DNA of 64,000 nucleotides from Amphiscolops sp. MND2022 (lineage: Eukaryota). Below, piece by piece: positions 37,036 through 50,191 of this stretch. The stretch lies in assembly GCA_964187785.1 (NCBI GenBank), contig OZ076409.1, positions 6,388,001 through 6,452,000 on the forward strand, given 5' to 3'. How positions within the stretch are numbered: position 1 is the stretch's first letter; each line of letters begins with the position of its first letter. Under the pieces are notes generated by a model. It ran no database searches, was not told the origin of the DNA, and worked only from the letters and a program-made list of their open reading frames with translations. Made by a program: the position numbers and the translations under genes.

Positions 37036-37909
37036 TTTTTAGTCGGCGCTTTTTCTAAGAAAAGTGTCCGACTCTTACAGTGGATAGTTTTTTTTTCAGT
37101 TCACTTTGAAAGGTCCACTTTTTTGTTCATTTGTTCAAACATTTTCAAAGTTCGGATATAACGTTTTCAAAGTTCGGATATAACGTTTTCAAAGTTCGGA
37201 TATAACGTTTTCAAAGTTCGGATATAACGTTTTCAAAGTTCGGATATAACGTTTTCAAAGTTCGGAAATAACGTTTTCAAAGTTCGGATATAACGTTTCA
37301 AAGTTCGGACGTAACGTTTTCAAAGTTCGGATATAACGTTTTCAAAGTTCTGATATAACGTTTCAAATTCGCATGTAACGTTTTCAAAGTTCGGATATAA
37401 CGCTTTCAAAGTTCGGATATAACGTTTTCGAAGTTCGGATATAACGTTTTCAAAGTTCGGAAATAACGTTTTCAAAGTTCGGATATAACGTTTTCAAAGT
37501 TCGGATATAACGTTTTCAAAGTTGGATATAACGTTTTCAAAGTTCGGATATAACGTTTTCAAAGTTCGGATATAACGTTTCAAATTCGCATGTAACGTTT
37601 TCAAAGTTCGGATATAACGTTTTCAAAGTTCGGATATAACGTTTTCAAAGTTCGGATATAACGTTTTCAAAGTTCGGATATAACGTTTTCAAAGTTCGGA
37701 TATAACGTTTTCAAAGTTCGGACGTAACGTTTTCAAAGTTCGGATATAACGTTTTCAAAGTTCGGATGTAACGTTTTCAAAGTTGAAGTTCGGTTGTAAC
37801 GTTTTCAAAGTTCGGATATAACGTTTTCAAAGTTCGGATGTAACGTTTTTTTGACACTTTGAAGTCCTTTTGCTATTTTTGAGCCGACTTGGGCCGTTCC
37901 CGGCTTGTT
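37036..37909 (+). mobile_element. HINE family A copy carrying an expanded minisatellite
   Basis: 5' TTTTAGTCGGCGCTTTTT..AAAAGTGTCCGACT hairpin; 3' GCCGACTT..GCCGTTCCCGGCTTGTT stem-loop end. Confidence 0.75.
37142..37848. repeat. 22-bp tandem array TTTTCAAAGTTCGGATATAACG (~32 units)
   Basis: Read directly; period 22 (37142, 37164, ...). Confidence 0.97.
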
Positions 37910-38130
37910 ATAGGTATGTATTTACAGAGAAAACTAAGTAACCGAAATTGTTCACACACTTTTGATCGTAAACATCACAAATCGTGTTAAAGTACGAAAC
38001 TTACAAAAAATTTACTTCACTATCGAATAGAAAAAAGGCTAACGGAAGGAAGCGGAATAGTACTTAATAGAGTAACCTTGTTTTGTTTTGCCTTTTCTTG
38101 ATAATTTTCGAAAAATTTAAGAATGATCTG

Positions 38131-38545
38131 TTTTTAGGAGTCGGAAAAAAATTCGACTACTAATGCAATCGTGTTGGTTTTTTTCTCCCGACCTTTCAAT
38201 GAAAATTTCAAATTTCTCAAAAACTGTCCATACGATTTTCATGAAATTTTGCACAGTCATTCTTCTACACCCAAAGGGGCCCCTGCGTGCACAATGGCAT
38301 TAAAATCCTACTGCTGGGATGTGAGAAACAGCCAAAATTAGCCCAAAAACAGCCATTTTTTTTTTACTTTTTTTCGATTTTCTCAAAAACTGTTCATACG
38401 ATTCGAACGAAATTTTGTACAGTCATTCTACACCATATTAGAGTCTTATATGAGCAAAGGAATCAAAATCGTATGGCTGGTATTAGAGCGAGTCAGAAGG
38501 AAAAAGACCTAAGCCGACTTCTTTACCGCATATGCGGCTCTGGTT
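38131..38545 (+). mobile_element. HINE-like non-autonomous element, family B
   Basis: 5' AGTCGG-A7-TTCGACT hairpin, 3' CCGACT, stem-loop CCGCATATGCGG, CTGGTT end; internal duplication; homologous to 2798-3099. Confidence 0.7.
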
Positions 38546-39842
38546 AGAATGTGTTTTCAAAGATTGCTAATTCAGCGATTTCACGATGCGCGCTGCTGAC
38601 AACAGACCCGAAATTGGATCCTGCATTTATTCCAGTCAATGATGACTCACGCGCAAGTAGTCAGTCTTGGAAGATGTCCAGTGTTGATTGTTGATTGGTG
38701 ACGTCATAGTATTATGACGTAATTATCATGTAATCGTGACGTCAGAGGAAATGCCTGCTACTTTAATATGTACACTATGTACTGAAGGTCTTGAATGCTG
38801 GATTTTCAAAAGAAAAACGAAGCTAGCAACAAGATTCATTTTTTGGCGAGTTTTCGACCGAAAACGTGATAGTTTTTCCTGTCTTTTTTCAGTTTTTCAA
38901 AAGCAAACCCAAACTGTCGGGTCGTAAAAATCCATCCATGACTCATCCATGACTCATGGTTCACCATGCGGCTCTTTTCTGACCCAATGGCGCCCCCACT
39001 ACCAATTTTTTGGGAAAAGTAGTGGAAATATTATAACAAAAGACTTGAATACAAACCAGAAACCTTCAATTTTAACCCCAATTGACCTTTTTTGGGCGTT
39101 TTTTTGAAATTTTCAAAAAAATTGATAAATTTTTTTAAATCATCAATATCTCCACAACTACGCGTACCAGAGGAACGAACTAGAGCGCGTTTGAAAGGTC
39201 TGATATTGGGCTTTCATTTTGGTCAGATGAGCCCCTGTCGCCGCGCTCCCCTTCCTTCAGAATTTTAGTCTCCTTTTCCTGTACAGTCGCTTCGCGGGCT
39301 TGTAGTAACAACAAAATATTATTGGGGTTTGTTGCACCAGGACTTGCTGTGGAAGGGTATGTGGTTGGTTTTTTCTTTTAATCAAAGACTTTTGAAAAAA
39401 CTGGATTGCGACAAAAACTTAATTTTGGGAAAACATAATCATTTTTTGGGCAAAAAAAACATTTTTCGCAGCTTTGGAGACATATTCCCTTCTTCTAATG
39501 CTAGGTACCAATTATTTGTTGAAAAAAACTGTGCTAGAGAAAATGCTAGAGACTCTCATGGGATGAAAAAGTTTCATCATATTTATTCAACTTTTATTTT
39601 TTGACTTTTTTAAATTTTTAAATGACTTTTTGAAAAACTCCTTTTATTTTTCGAACAAAGAGATTTCTTTTTCAAAGAAAATTTCTCCTCCTTCTTCGGA
39701 AAAATTTACATCCATTCTTGACAGTTGGTCTCTCCAATTACTTGAAAGTACACTAGACTCTAATTATGACGTCAATAGTCCTAAAGTGATGCATTATAAT
39801 CCGCGTAGCTTTTTTATTCGCGCAGTTTATTCGACATTTATT

Positions 39843-39931
39843 TTTTTGTCTTCCCGGGTGAAGGAATTCCTTCCATACACGGGTATGATACCCGTGTATG
39901 GAAGGAATTCCTTCACCCGGGAAGACAAAAA
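39843..39931. repeat. Perfect 89-bp palindrome (44-bp arms, 1-nt centre)
   Basis: TTTTTGTCTTCCCGGGTGAAGGAATTCCTTCCATACACGGGTAT-G-ATACCCGTGTATGGAAGGAATTCCTTCACCCGGGAAGACAAAAA. Confidence 0.95.
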
Positions 39932-40830
39932 TCGCTAAAACGGTCTTGAGAAACGTGAATAAAACCGTGACCCCTGAAAATGTATATTATTTTAGCAATC
40001 AGAGTTCATTGGAAAACTAACGCGAGATTTTTTGCTACAGGTGCTTACGCTTAAGGACGATTGATAGATTCGAATGATCTCTCCATTTTTCTCTATAGAA
40101 AACAATTCTTGATGAATCCATGTATAATCATCATTTTTGCAAATCAATTACGAAGTTTTGCAATTCTTGTTTTCCTACAATTGAGCTTCTGAAAAAATTC
40201 ATGACGATATTCTGATGGAAACTGTAGAACCTAACGATGGAACTGTGGGGTAAAAAAAACATTTTAAACAGTCTATTGATCAATTTAGGGACTTGTTTCG
40301 CTAGCGAATGGTTGACCTTCTTTTTCGTAAGGACCCTAAGACTCGAGACAATCCAAGGAGCGTAGACAAAAAAAAACAAATGTTATGATTTAACTTAACA
40401 TTGAGCTCGTTTAATTGTTCATGACCGTTTTGTTGGAATCAACTCCAAAGAGCTCCTAAATATGTTGTCGTAGACTGTTGGACGTCAATTTGGAGTCACC
40501 CTAACGTCTTTGAGTCGCAAAGGATAGGCGTATTGTTCGTGTCCACATACTCCATTTTCCATGGAGATTAGAATGTCCAGTGCAACTAAAAACCAAAATG
40601 GTACCGTGTACAATCGACTTGATTTGTGTTGTGAAAAAGTTATAAACTAAAATCTCGCTACAAGCGCTCATTTACGTAAGATAATGCAAATACACAAATT
40701 TATTTTAGTTTAAATGAAAATTCTAAAAGCATTGAACGCCAAACATGCTTCGATTTCGATTCCAAGGTACTTCAAGTGAGATATAATGACTTCAATTGGT
40801 TGACTGAAATCCAGCGTTGAAACTCTAATG

Positions 40831-41247
40831 AACAAGACGGGAACGTCTAAAGTCGGCGCTATATCCAAGGCTCAAAAAGCGCAAAAGACTTTGGGCTTTC
40901 TTAGCATATATTCTGTTGCAAAATATCAAAAAACTCGAAAGGGGGACTCTTTTGAGACATTAAAAAATTTCCGAAAAAGTCACACAATGCCGAAAAAAAG
41001 AAAAAAAATTGACCCTTTAGTCTCGTCCGGTTTTGTAGGTTACGTTAAAAAAGTAAAAAATGAAAGGGGGACCCTTTTGCACTAATTTCCGCTGACCGGA
41101 CTTGGCCTTATGGTAGTAGTTTTAGTAGCTTCGATTGTAAGAAAAGTGGCCCGATTAGAGTGAGATTGTAGTCTGACGAAAAAAAAAGAAAAAAACTAGC
41201 CACTGTAAGAGTCGGTCACTTTTCACTAGAAAAGCGCCGACTAAAAA
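40831..41247 (-). mobile_element. HINE family A full-length copy
   Basis: AACAAGACGGGAACGTCTAAAGTCGGCGCT ... AGTCGGTCACTTTTC..GAAAAGCGCCGACTAAAAA. Confidence 0.8.
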
Positions 41248-41361
41248 GACGACAGAGCTTCAGAATCGTCGATGTTGCGGTACATTTTGATCAGTTTCAA
41301 CAAAGTGTCAATCAAGAAAAATCACTGATTGTGTAATGACCTGTATATTCGATCCAGGTAA

Positions 41362-41643
41362 CCCAGGTTTTCGATCTTTGCGAATCTGTGCAGATCTGCA
41401 GGATTTTTCTGCAGGGTTCTGCAAAGATCGTTGCACTGAATCTTGAAGTTCCATACAGATCTGCAAGATCTTTACAGAAGTGTGCAGATATTCTTTACAG
41501 ATTTTTGCAGAAATGTTTTTCTGCAGCTTCTAAGGAACCAATGACTGCATCTTTGGACTTCTTTAACTACTTCATCAACTACTTCAGCTGACCAAGGCTC
41601 AGTCAGTTGATCTACACAGATTCGCAAAGATCGAAAACCTGGG
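41362..41643. mobile_element. MITE with ~35-bp TIRs (CCC..GGG termini)
   Basis: cccaggttttcgatctttgcgaatctgtgcagatc / gatctacacagattcgcaaagatcgaaaacctggg (1 mismatch); AA on both flanks (possible 2-bp TSD). Confidence 0.85.
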
Positions 41644-43711
41644 AACATCTCAAGAAAATTGTATCATTAGCAAAACGTTCATGATTTGAGTCTACGAAGC
41701 TTAATAATCATACAAAACGAAACACACTAGCCCTACAACCGAACGTTGGGTACAACGCATGGGAGATCTTTCAATATGGAGTTTTCATTCCCAAATTAAA
41801 CGAACTGTTAAATAGAGTTGAAACAAGAGAAGAGTAGATATGTTCATCAAAACCATATTCAAGTTGTTTAAAAGTATTTCATGATCAATTGTATCGAACG
41901 CTTTTCTCACGCAGATGAAGATGAAAACACGAGTGACCTTTTCATCTAGACAGCCAAACACGCAAGGGCATTAATCGTTTTGAACTTTCTGCGGAGACCA
42001 AGTGTATCGGAATTTAAATGATCAAATATGTTCATAAACGAGATCATTTGGTTGTACACTGCACGCTCAGAATTTCCCCCAGAAGTGGCTGTACTGAGAT
42101 AGGACGACATTTCTCTAATGTATTGGCATCTTGTCTTCGGAACACTACTTCGAAACAAGAGTGGAAATCTTTTACGCATCTTTTGATCAGACGAGTGACT
42201 CATATGAACAGGAAAGTTTGCTAAAGAAGATAAATTTGTGAATGGATGGTACAGGAGGTATCGTCTTCTGTAAAATGGGCCCAACTTCGACGAAAAAACA
42301 GATGGGCTTGTCGATGAATTTTCAAGTCTTGCGGTTTCATCGTTTTCAAGTCCTTCAGCCCTGAGCATTTTTGAAAACGTCGCTCGAAGTTTGTCAACAG
42401 TTTGAATTTGAATTGCTTTTTGAAGTATAAACTACTGTCACGTTCATTGATATACCAATTTGTGCTTCTCGATTTTCCATGCTCAATGTTACCATGAGAC
42501 TTCAAAGCCCCTTTTCACGTTTTTTGTATCTTATGCGTATCTTCAAGTTCTATTTCAAAGTTGAAAAGTTTCCGAGATTTATCTGTAACTTTCCGCTTTT
42601 TTTTGAATTTTATCTCTTTTTTGTGGCCATTTAACATGTCATCAAAAATGATCAAACTTATCTAATCCGTATTGCCTATGTCTCACTGTTTTTAGGTTTT
42701 GTTTATGTTCTGTTTTTTTTCGGATAACTTCAGATTTGTTTTTTCTTCAAGACTTTCCTTGTAGTGTATATAATGTGATCGATGGAGCCATCTTCTGGCA
42801 ACGAAATTGAAAATTGGTTGGCTGTGTTACTGATTCCTGATTCCTGATATCATCACAAGGGTGCCTCATCGAATGATATCGATAGCGATACCGATGTCAA
42901 TCGCTGATATCAATATCGTCATCTCATCTCCATTTGAGAAGGAAATGCACAATGAACAATCGAAACGTCACCAAGACAAAATAGAAACTAAATACAAACT
43001 TTCTTTTTTCCTAATCAAGTAGAATGCGAATGCAACAAATAAATCTCTAATTGTACATAAATGCTTTTTGTAATCAGAATCTAGTTACAGTATTACATGT
43101 CTCAATGCATTGCTTTCTTCATAACACTTTCAAAGAATAAAGACCCTTCTCAATATTCAGATAGCGCTGAAATATTTAGGAAAAATTGGTATTCGAAAAT
43201 TGTAAATGCTAGAGTGCTAGTGCTTCAGATATAGCAGTCCAAATATTTGAAAATTTGAAATTATTGTCAGACGAAAACAAGCAATTCGGAATCCTGGTTG
43301 AACCAAAATGCCTTACAAGGATCTTGTAAAATTTTCTTCAAGATCTTACAAGGTAATGCATTATTCAGCAAGCCATCTTGCAAGTACCTTGCAAGGAAAA
43401 AACTTTTTTGCAACATTTTCGTGAGGGAAACATCCGCTTGCAAGATTCTTTCAAGGAGAAAAATTTCCGTGCAAGATTCTTGTAAGAGAAACATCTGCTT
43501 GCAAGATTCTTTCAGAGATGAATTTCCTTGAAAGATTCTCGTGAGGAAAACATTGCTTGAATGGACGAGCGTTTTTGTTTAAAAGTGTCATTTTGGAAAT
43601 AATTGAAGTTTTAACATGTTTTTATTTCTGAAATACATTTGAAAAAAAGATTTGTTGGGCAAAATGAGAGCTTCAACTAGATTGTCAACCAGAGAACGTA
43701 TATTTAAAACA

Positions 43712-44233
43712 AACAAGACGGGAACGCCCCAAGTCGGCGCCATATCTTAGGCTCAAAAATATTCAAGGAACAACTATTGGAAATATTTGGAAAAATTTTT
43801 TTTCAAAAAAAAGTATTTGGTAAAAAAGTCGCACAATGCCGAAAAACCTAAAAAGAGGTTATTTAGGCTCATTAAACGTTTTCTACAAACCGAAACCTTC
43901 AAAAAATGCAAGGGAGTACCCTTTGATAAAATTCGAAAATTTTCGAAAAAAGTCGCACAGTGCCGAAAAAACCCAAAGGGGGGACCCTTTGGTCTCACCT
44001 GTACTTTTGGAAGCATTAAAAAATTTATGGTTTAGTGCGAGAATCGAACCCACGCTCTCCGGCTTGGTCGAAGATGAACAAATATGAAAGATGAACAAAT
44101 ATGAAAGATGAACAAATTGTACGAAAAGTGGACCACTCAGAGTGAGATTGTCAACTGAAAAAAAAAACAAAAAAAAACAACTCACTGTAAGAGTCGGGCT
44201 TTTTTCCTTAAGGGAAAAGGCGCCGACTAAAAA
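43712..44233 (-). mobile_element. HINE family A full-length copy
   Basis: AACAAGACGGGAACG..AAGTCGGCGC ... AGTCGGGCTTTTT..AAAAGGCGCCGACTAAAAA; short internal 16-bp tandem repeat at ~44072-44116. Confidence 0.8.
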
Positions 44234-44789
44234 TAACAGTCTCACCAGGACGCCGAATGGAACTATTTATTTCTTTGATACACGCCCCTGAAATTATTTG
44301 AAGAACACAAAACTGCCAGTTTCAGTGAAGATCGAGTTTATTCAAGGTTTTTTGTGAAACCTTATAGCTTCAGTATTCAACCGAAATATATATCTGAACG
44401 ATTTTTATCCGGCACCTAGAATGTTGAACTACGACCAACTAAGATCAAGATCCTTTAGTTCGCATGAGACCAGTTGACGAACAATTGAGACAATTACCAA
44501 CAATTTTCTGAGTTTTAAAAAAAAAGCTACAATTGAATTAATTCAGAAGCGGAGCGCTTCGCGTAAGACCAGGAAACTCCATCAAAACAGCTGATTGCCA
44601 GTTGTCAATTATCAGCCCACGATTTCAAGGAATTTTAAATAAATATATTCAGTGGTCACCCCAACACCCCCCCGCATTTTCCTATTTAAAAAATTTGTTT
44701 TCTGCCTAACAACAACTCATCATTTACAACAAATCCATTTTGCAACCTCTTTCCCTGACAGCGTATCATTTTCAACATATCTTTTCGTA

Positions 44790-44960
44790 TGTAACAGCAC
44801 CTTCTGGTACACCCAAAATCAATCGCTATTGAAATTGGAACATAATTAGAAAATTGGTGAGGAAATCGAATGCGATATCTGACGTGGCACAGAGTATGTG
44901 ATTGCTTTTTTCGCTGTTTCTACATAATTGGCAAAAATGGAAAACAAAAAGCGTGACCGA
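44790..44960. mobile_element. 5' part of an LTR-like repeat (family of 5459-6227)
   Basis: Starts TGTAAC; tgacgtggcacagagtatgtgattgcttttttcgctgtttc matches ~5557-5597. Confidence 0.55.
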
Positions 44961-45550
44961 GCAAGAACACAAAAAAAAACAACGAAAAGAGACAAGATAC
45001 ATAGGTTTAATGACTTTCGCCTCGAGTCATTTCAATACTTTCTTCATTTCTAGACGTTGAAGCAACATTTGCTAGGCTGGTACCACCAGTTCTACCTTCT
45101 ATCTCTCTCGAACTCTTTCCTGGCAGTGAATCAATTTTTGATGACAGGTTTTCGATCATTTTCAGAATCTCCCTCTGGTTAACTTCAGTCTTTTCCTGGC
45201 TGATTTCTCTTCTCTCGCGGTCTCAGGCACTACGATAGAACTAGCGGGGAATCTCTCCTTGAAATTCCATTTTGATGAACGTTTAGGCATTTTTTAATAC
45301 TTTCCAATTCTATCTAAGGGGTGAAATTTACTATAATCTGCTTTTTTACGACTCAAAATTAAAAAATGAGACGGCGATTTTGAATCGTTTTATCGTTTTT
45401 TAAGTATCACAGTAACAAGCAAAACGGTTTAGATATTAGATTCTCAAGTGAAATCCGTACAAATGCCGCATGTATATTTATTTTTTTCCTCAATCGCGGG
45501 GAACAAATACGTACAACCTTCAGGACTCGTTCCACTTGGCGTCCCATGAA

Positions 45551-45661
45551 AGTAGTATACGAATTCCCGATTCGGGCCAGTCAAATATTTTTTTTAAAAA
45601 AATGTTGATTATTTTATCAAAAAAAATCAGCGTTTTTTTCACAACTAACTTAAAAAATAAC
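45551..45661 (+). repeat. Maverick left TIR (~110 bp, imperfect)
   Basis: Reverse complement of 60041-60152. Confidence 0.9.
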
Positions 45662-45736
45662 CAAGGTAAACCATCTAAAAAGTAGTCATTTTTCACAACT
45701 GAAAAATTAACAAAATTGATGAAAAATAACTATTAA

Positions 45737-46129
45737 ATGAATTATTTATCATTCAAAGAATTTGTTAATAAATATGGATTAAAAAATGGAGCAACTTCCA
45801 ATGTAGAAATAAAAGAAATCTTAAAACTCATGAACACATCTTGTGGAATATATATGAGAGATGATAAATTTATAACCACCAGTGGTATAGTTAACTTACA
45901 TCCAACTAAAGGAACACATTGGGTTATGTTTACATACCAAAACTATTTCGATTCATATGGCTGTCCACCACCACTAAATATAACAAAACAAATTAATCAT
46001 GGTATCTATTCAGAATATCAAATCCAGAAAGACGAGTTATTTTGCAGCTTATTGTTTGAATGTGTTATATCTTACACAAATTATAGGCTTCAAAAATGCA
46101 GTTTTAAATTTATACTATCAAACTTTTAA
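45737..46129 (+). pseudogene. Adenain-like cysteine protease (frameshifted at the catalytic Cys region)
   Basis: GIVNLHPTKGTHWV..YFDSYGCPPP..YQIQ, then AAYCL in a shifted frame. Confidence 0.8.
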
Positions 46130-46180
46130 ACTTAATTAAGCAAGCTTAGAAAAAAAATTCAACAAATATTTTTTTCTTAA

Positions 46181-46366
46181 ATGAAGAAAATTAATAATTA
46201 TTCAGCTCAATTTAAAGTTATTCAAAAGCCAGAGAATGAAAATAATAATAATAATATTCATAAGCAAAGCTCCTTCGGTAATAATTCAAAAAAGAAATTA
46301 TCAAAACAAAACCAAGAATTCATAAATAAGATATCCGCAAGTGTATTTAAACAATTTTTTTCTTAA
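46181..46366 (+). CDS. Maverick small hypothetical protein (61 aa)
   Basis: TAAATG start; abuts the next gene. Confidence 0.45.
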   Translation: MKKINNYSAQFKVIQKPENENNNNNIHKQSSFGNNSKKKLSKQNQEFINKISASVFKQFFS

Positions 46367-46369
46367 TAA

Positions 46370-47412
46370 ATGGATCTATCAAGTTTTGTAACCTATGATA
46401 AAAAAGAATCTCTTTTGTTGAGTATTGCAAAATCTAATCAAGAAATTGTTGAAAATACACATTCTCAACCACAAGAAACTTTAGAGTTTAAAATGAATAA
46501 ACAAAAAGAATCTTTTTCATTTGATATTCCACTAGACCTACCAGAACAATGGATGATGGGAGTAACAAGTTTAGAAGTATATAACACTGTTTGTAACATT
46601 ACTGAAAAAATAATAAACTTAAACTTTTTACTACAGAACAAAACTTAAAAGAATATAAATTTGCAACTGAATTTATACCAAAGATAAAAAATTTATATGA
46701 AACCTCTAATAAGGGAATCTTTGATATAGAAGAAATTTAAAAACTTATAAATGATGTTAAAATTAAAAAGGTTGTATTTCCTGAAAATTATTATGATGAT
46801 TTAAATAAAATCATTGATCAAATTAATCAAAATATTAAAGATAAAACAAATATTCTTGATCTTCATGGTATTGGATCTGTATCTAATTGCTTGGGAATAG
46901 AAATACCACCAGGAGCATATGAATTAGTTGATATAAATAATGCCATCCAACAAGAAATTATTAATTCTTGTGGTTCTTTTCTTGATTCTGATTTTAAAAT
47001 CAACATAGAAGCAGACACAATATCAATGAAATCAGTTTTAACAACCTCATATTCCATTTATTTCAATCTGAACTTAACACCCTTTTAGGATTTACAAACA
47101 AGGGCTACTCAGCAGGAACTCATATATCAGAAAAACCAGTTATGATAACAACGACAGACAAAGTTAATCTTAAATGTGATTGTGTAGATGGTTCAATTGT
47201 TAATGGTATACGAGAACAAATCTTGTTTAGTTTTAATCTTTCCTCCCCACCAGGATATAAAATTATAAAAGAACCCAATATTATTTTGTATAAAAAAAAC
47301 AAACAAAACAAGGTTAGATAGTATTCAATTTTTCCTTGAGGATAACAATCATAACCCAGTTGATTTCAACGTGGAGACATTAACATTTACAATTCAAATC
47401 ATCAAGATTTAA
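46370..47412 (+). pseudogene. Minor capsid (penton-like) protein, frameshifted
   Basis: WMMGVTSLEVYNT..NITEK; IEIPPGAYELVDIN; VNLKCDCVDGSIVNG..LFSF..PPGYKIIKEP..IQFFLEDNNHNPVDFN. Confidence 0.75.
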
Positions 47413-47501
47413 GCTTAATACAAACCAAAGGTTTACAAACTAAAAGTTTGCAAACTGAAAGTTTGTGCTGAAGAAAAATGAATATTTTTTTCCAATAAAT
47501 A

Positions 47502-47903
47502 TTGAGCTTCAATAAATTTAAAAATAATTCATATTGTGTTGGTGGAAAACATTATTCCGCTACCATAAATATTCGTGGTGTTATTACTCAAAATAAAAAA
47601 ACAGGAGCACCTGTTAAATTATTAAGAGGTACTTGTCCAACTTGTAAAAGAAATAAATCACTTATAGTATCTGATCAAACTATTTCAGCCGAGGGATTGG
47701 GTCACTTCTTTAAACATATTGGCAAAGCTGCAAAAAATGTTGGAAAGAAAATACTCAATAACCCAGGCCGTGCATTAGAGCTAGCAGCAAATATTGGAAC
47801 TGCAGCAGCAAGTAAAAATCCTCGAATGATAGCTGCAACTGCTCCTGATATTATAAAATTTGTTCATCAAGGGAAGGGTTTGTATTTAGGTAAAATTCAT
47901 TAA
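47502..47903 (+). CDS. Small basic protein with Cys motif and amphipathic helix (putative virion core/membrane-lytic protein)
   Basis: YCVGGKH..GTCPTCKRNKS, then EGLG-HFFKHIGKAAKNVGKK; C-terminal GKGLYL. Start codon appears to be non-ATG. Confidence 0.6.
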   Translation: MSFNKFKNNSYCVGGKHYSATINIRGVITQNKKTGAPVKLLRGTCPTCKRNKSLIVSDQTISAEGLGHFFKHIGKAAKNVGKKILNNPGRALELAANIGTAAASKNPRMIAATAPDIIKFVHQGKGLYLGKIH

Positions 47904-47952
47904 TTAATTCAATAATTAAATTTGAATTCAAAATTATTCTAATAAATAAATT

Positions 47953-48882
47953 ATGTATTCAATTCATAATCGAGATGATTTAGAAAAATGAAAAAAATTG
48001 CAAGAATCAAAATCTTTAATAAAAGCTGAAATATTAAAACAACTCCTAGGGAAGCAAGACTTTCATTATGATATAGAAGTTTTTGAACCTGTTACTGTAA
48101 AACAGGCTGAAGCTACTAAAAACCAGAAACAATTATCTGAAAAACAAATACAAGCGCTACATGATTCTTCTCAAACAACAGTACAAGTAATAGAAAATCA
48201 AACACAGGTTATTCGAGAATCTAGTAACACCCTTAATAAAAACTTACAAAAATCTTTTAAAGAATACGATGAAATTACTAACCGTAATAATCAACTCATT
48301 ACTAACTTAGTTAATTCAAACCAAGTTGATTCTAGTATCGTTAAGACAGTTTCTAATTTGCTTAATGACGAAAACAAAAGTCAATTTTGTTTAGAACCCA
48401 TTCATGGGTTAGAACCCATGAATCTAAATTTATTCACAATTAATCCCCATAACCCACAACAGGTACTAATCAAAGGTTCAACAATGACTTTCGAGAATGG
48501 TAACACGTATAATTTAAATGATCCAGATCTTTCATATTTTATAACCTATACACAGCTTGATAAAGAAATACAAAACGAGAATCTAATTTATAATTTTTTA
48601 AAAGATATGAAATATGATCTAAATTATGGAGATAAAAAATCGAGTAGATATAATATAATTAAGTATTTGTTTCAACACCAATTAGGGAGTGGAATAAAAT
48701 TTGTTTTCCTTCCATCTGATCCAGATGAGCTTGTAGATCAACTTAAATTAATCGTGTTAGAGAAAGTAGGAGGAAATGATAATCCTATGCTTAGTGAACA
48801 ACTCATAGCAATTGCAGATCAACTCCTGGAGTATGAATGTATTACAACAAATCAACACCAAAATATTGTTTCAGCATTTTGA
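47953..48882 (+). pseudogene. Maverick conserved hypothetical protein
   Basis: ATG 47953 with an early stop; C-terminal LGSG..LPSDPDELVDQLKLIVLEKVGGNDN..IADQLLE motif of the kind seen in Maverick ORFs. Confidence 0.6.
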
Positions 48883-48911
48883 TTAAAATTAAAAATTGTA
48901 TATAAATAATA

Positions 48912-49201
48912 ATGGATATTCAATCCAATGAATTGAAAAAAGAAATTCAAGAATTGAGAAAAAAAAATTTGAAAACAAATCAAACTATAATCAATCCAAT
49001 GAAATGGATAATCCATCTAAAGATAATCAATTCAATGAATTGAAAAAAGAAATTCAAGAATTGAGAAAAGAAAATTTTCAACTTAAATTAAAGTTGGAAA
49101 GTCTATCAGAAATGATTTGGAACTGCTTTGAACAACTAGGACAAAAACTAGACAAAGATATGAAGAACCTAAAAGAAGAAATTATGTATTCGAAAGATTA
49201 A
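48912..49201 (+). CDS. Maverick small coiled-coil ORF with an internally duplicated start region
   Basis: caatgaattgaaaaaagaaattcaagaattgagaaaa occurs twice (~48927 and ~49033); ORF 49004-49201. Confidence 0.4.
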
Positions 49202-50168
49202 TTTGTTTAAAAAGGATCCGTTTGTGGACTAAAGATTTTATACTCTGGATTAGATTGATTACATATTTTATACCTACTCCCATTTTTATCTTCTAACCTG
49301 TTAATTAATAAATAGTTGTATTTTTCTTTCCATGCCTCTCTGCACAAACTTTTGAATTCATCATGAGACATATCAAAACCAGCAATATCTCTTTCAATGT
49401 TTGTTGAAATAAAATTATGATATTACTATTATTGCGTCTGGTGCGTTTAGGCAAATCGAAATATGATTGTGCTAAATAATAAACATCTAAATCATTATGT
49501 CTTCCTCTAGTGAAAAATGGATCTATTAGTTTTTGATTACTATCCAACATATCATCAAATACAACACAACAATTTTGAAAATCTTGTATACTTTTATCTT
49601 CTAGATATTCTTCTATTACTATACGCAAAGCGCCTTCGGTGTCTTCTAATTCAAAATCTTCATATTGATTTGGAGATCTAGTTTTTATATGTATTTCTTT
49701 TTCTTTATCATATAATCGAATTAATTGTAATTTATTTATTAGCAAATGAGTCTTACCACAAAATGATGACCAACTATTAATGTTCTATTACAGCTTTGCT
49801 GGCCTCCGGTATTATTTTCATCATTATTATTTTCATCATTATTTTTTGTGATATTATTTTCATGATTTTCATCTTTATGATTTATTATACGCGAAACACC
49901 TTCGGTATTATTTGTATAACTATTATTGTCATGATTGATAATACATCTTTTTAAATGTTTTGATAACTAAGTTTTATTGAATTCTTTATTACAGAAATCC
50001 CCTTTTTGCTTTTTTATTGAAACATTCTATACATGTACTATACAATTTACCATTTTTATATTTGTAAAAATCTGTTTTCAGTATTTTACACACTTTACAT
50101 CTTTTTTTATTCTCACAATCGGAACAGACAGATTTTTCGATACTTTTTCCACAAATTATACACTTCAT
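49200..50168 (-). pseudogene. A32/FtsK-like packaging ATPase #2 with N-terminal Cys-rich domain (frameshifted)
   Basis: TAAATG start MKCIICGK..CSDC..CKVC..CIEC; Walker A RTLIVG.SFCGKT (frameshift); Walker B CVVFDDML; FTRGRH..YYLAQSYFDLPKRTRRNNSN. The 3' end is approximate. Confidence 0.8.
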
Positions 50169-50191
50169 TTATTTAGTAAAAAATCACTAAA

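Noticed and set aside
37142..37848. Possible CRISPR array
   Set aside because: Head-to-tail 22-bp repeats without spacers, inside a HINE-like element.
41946..42505. Minus-strand ORFs with ATSGGNSERA (hAT dimerisation-like)
   Set aside because: Suggestive only; needs a profile search, and no boundaries were identified.
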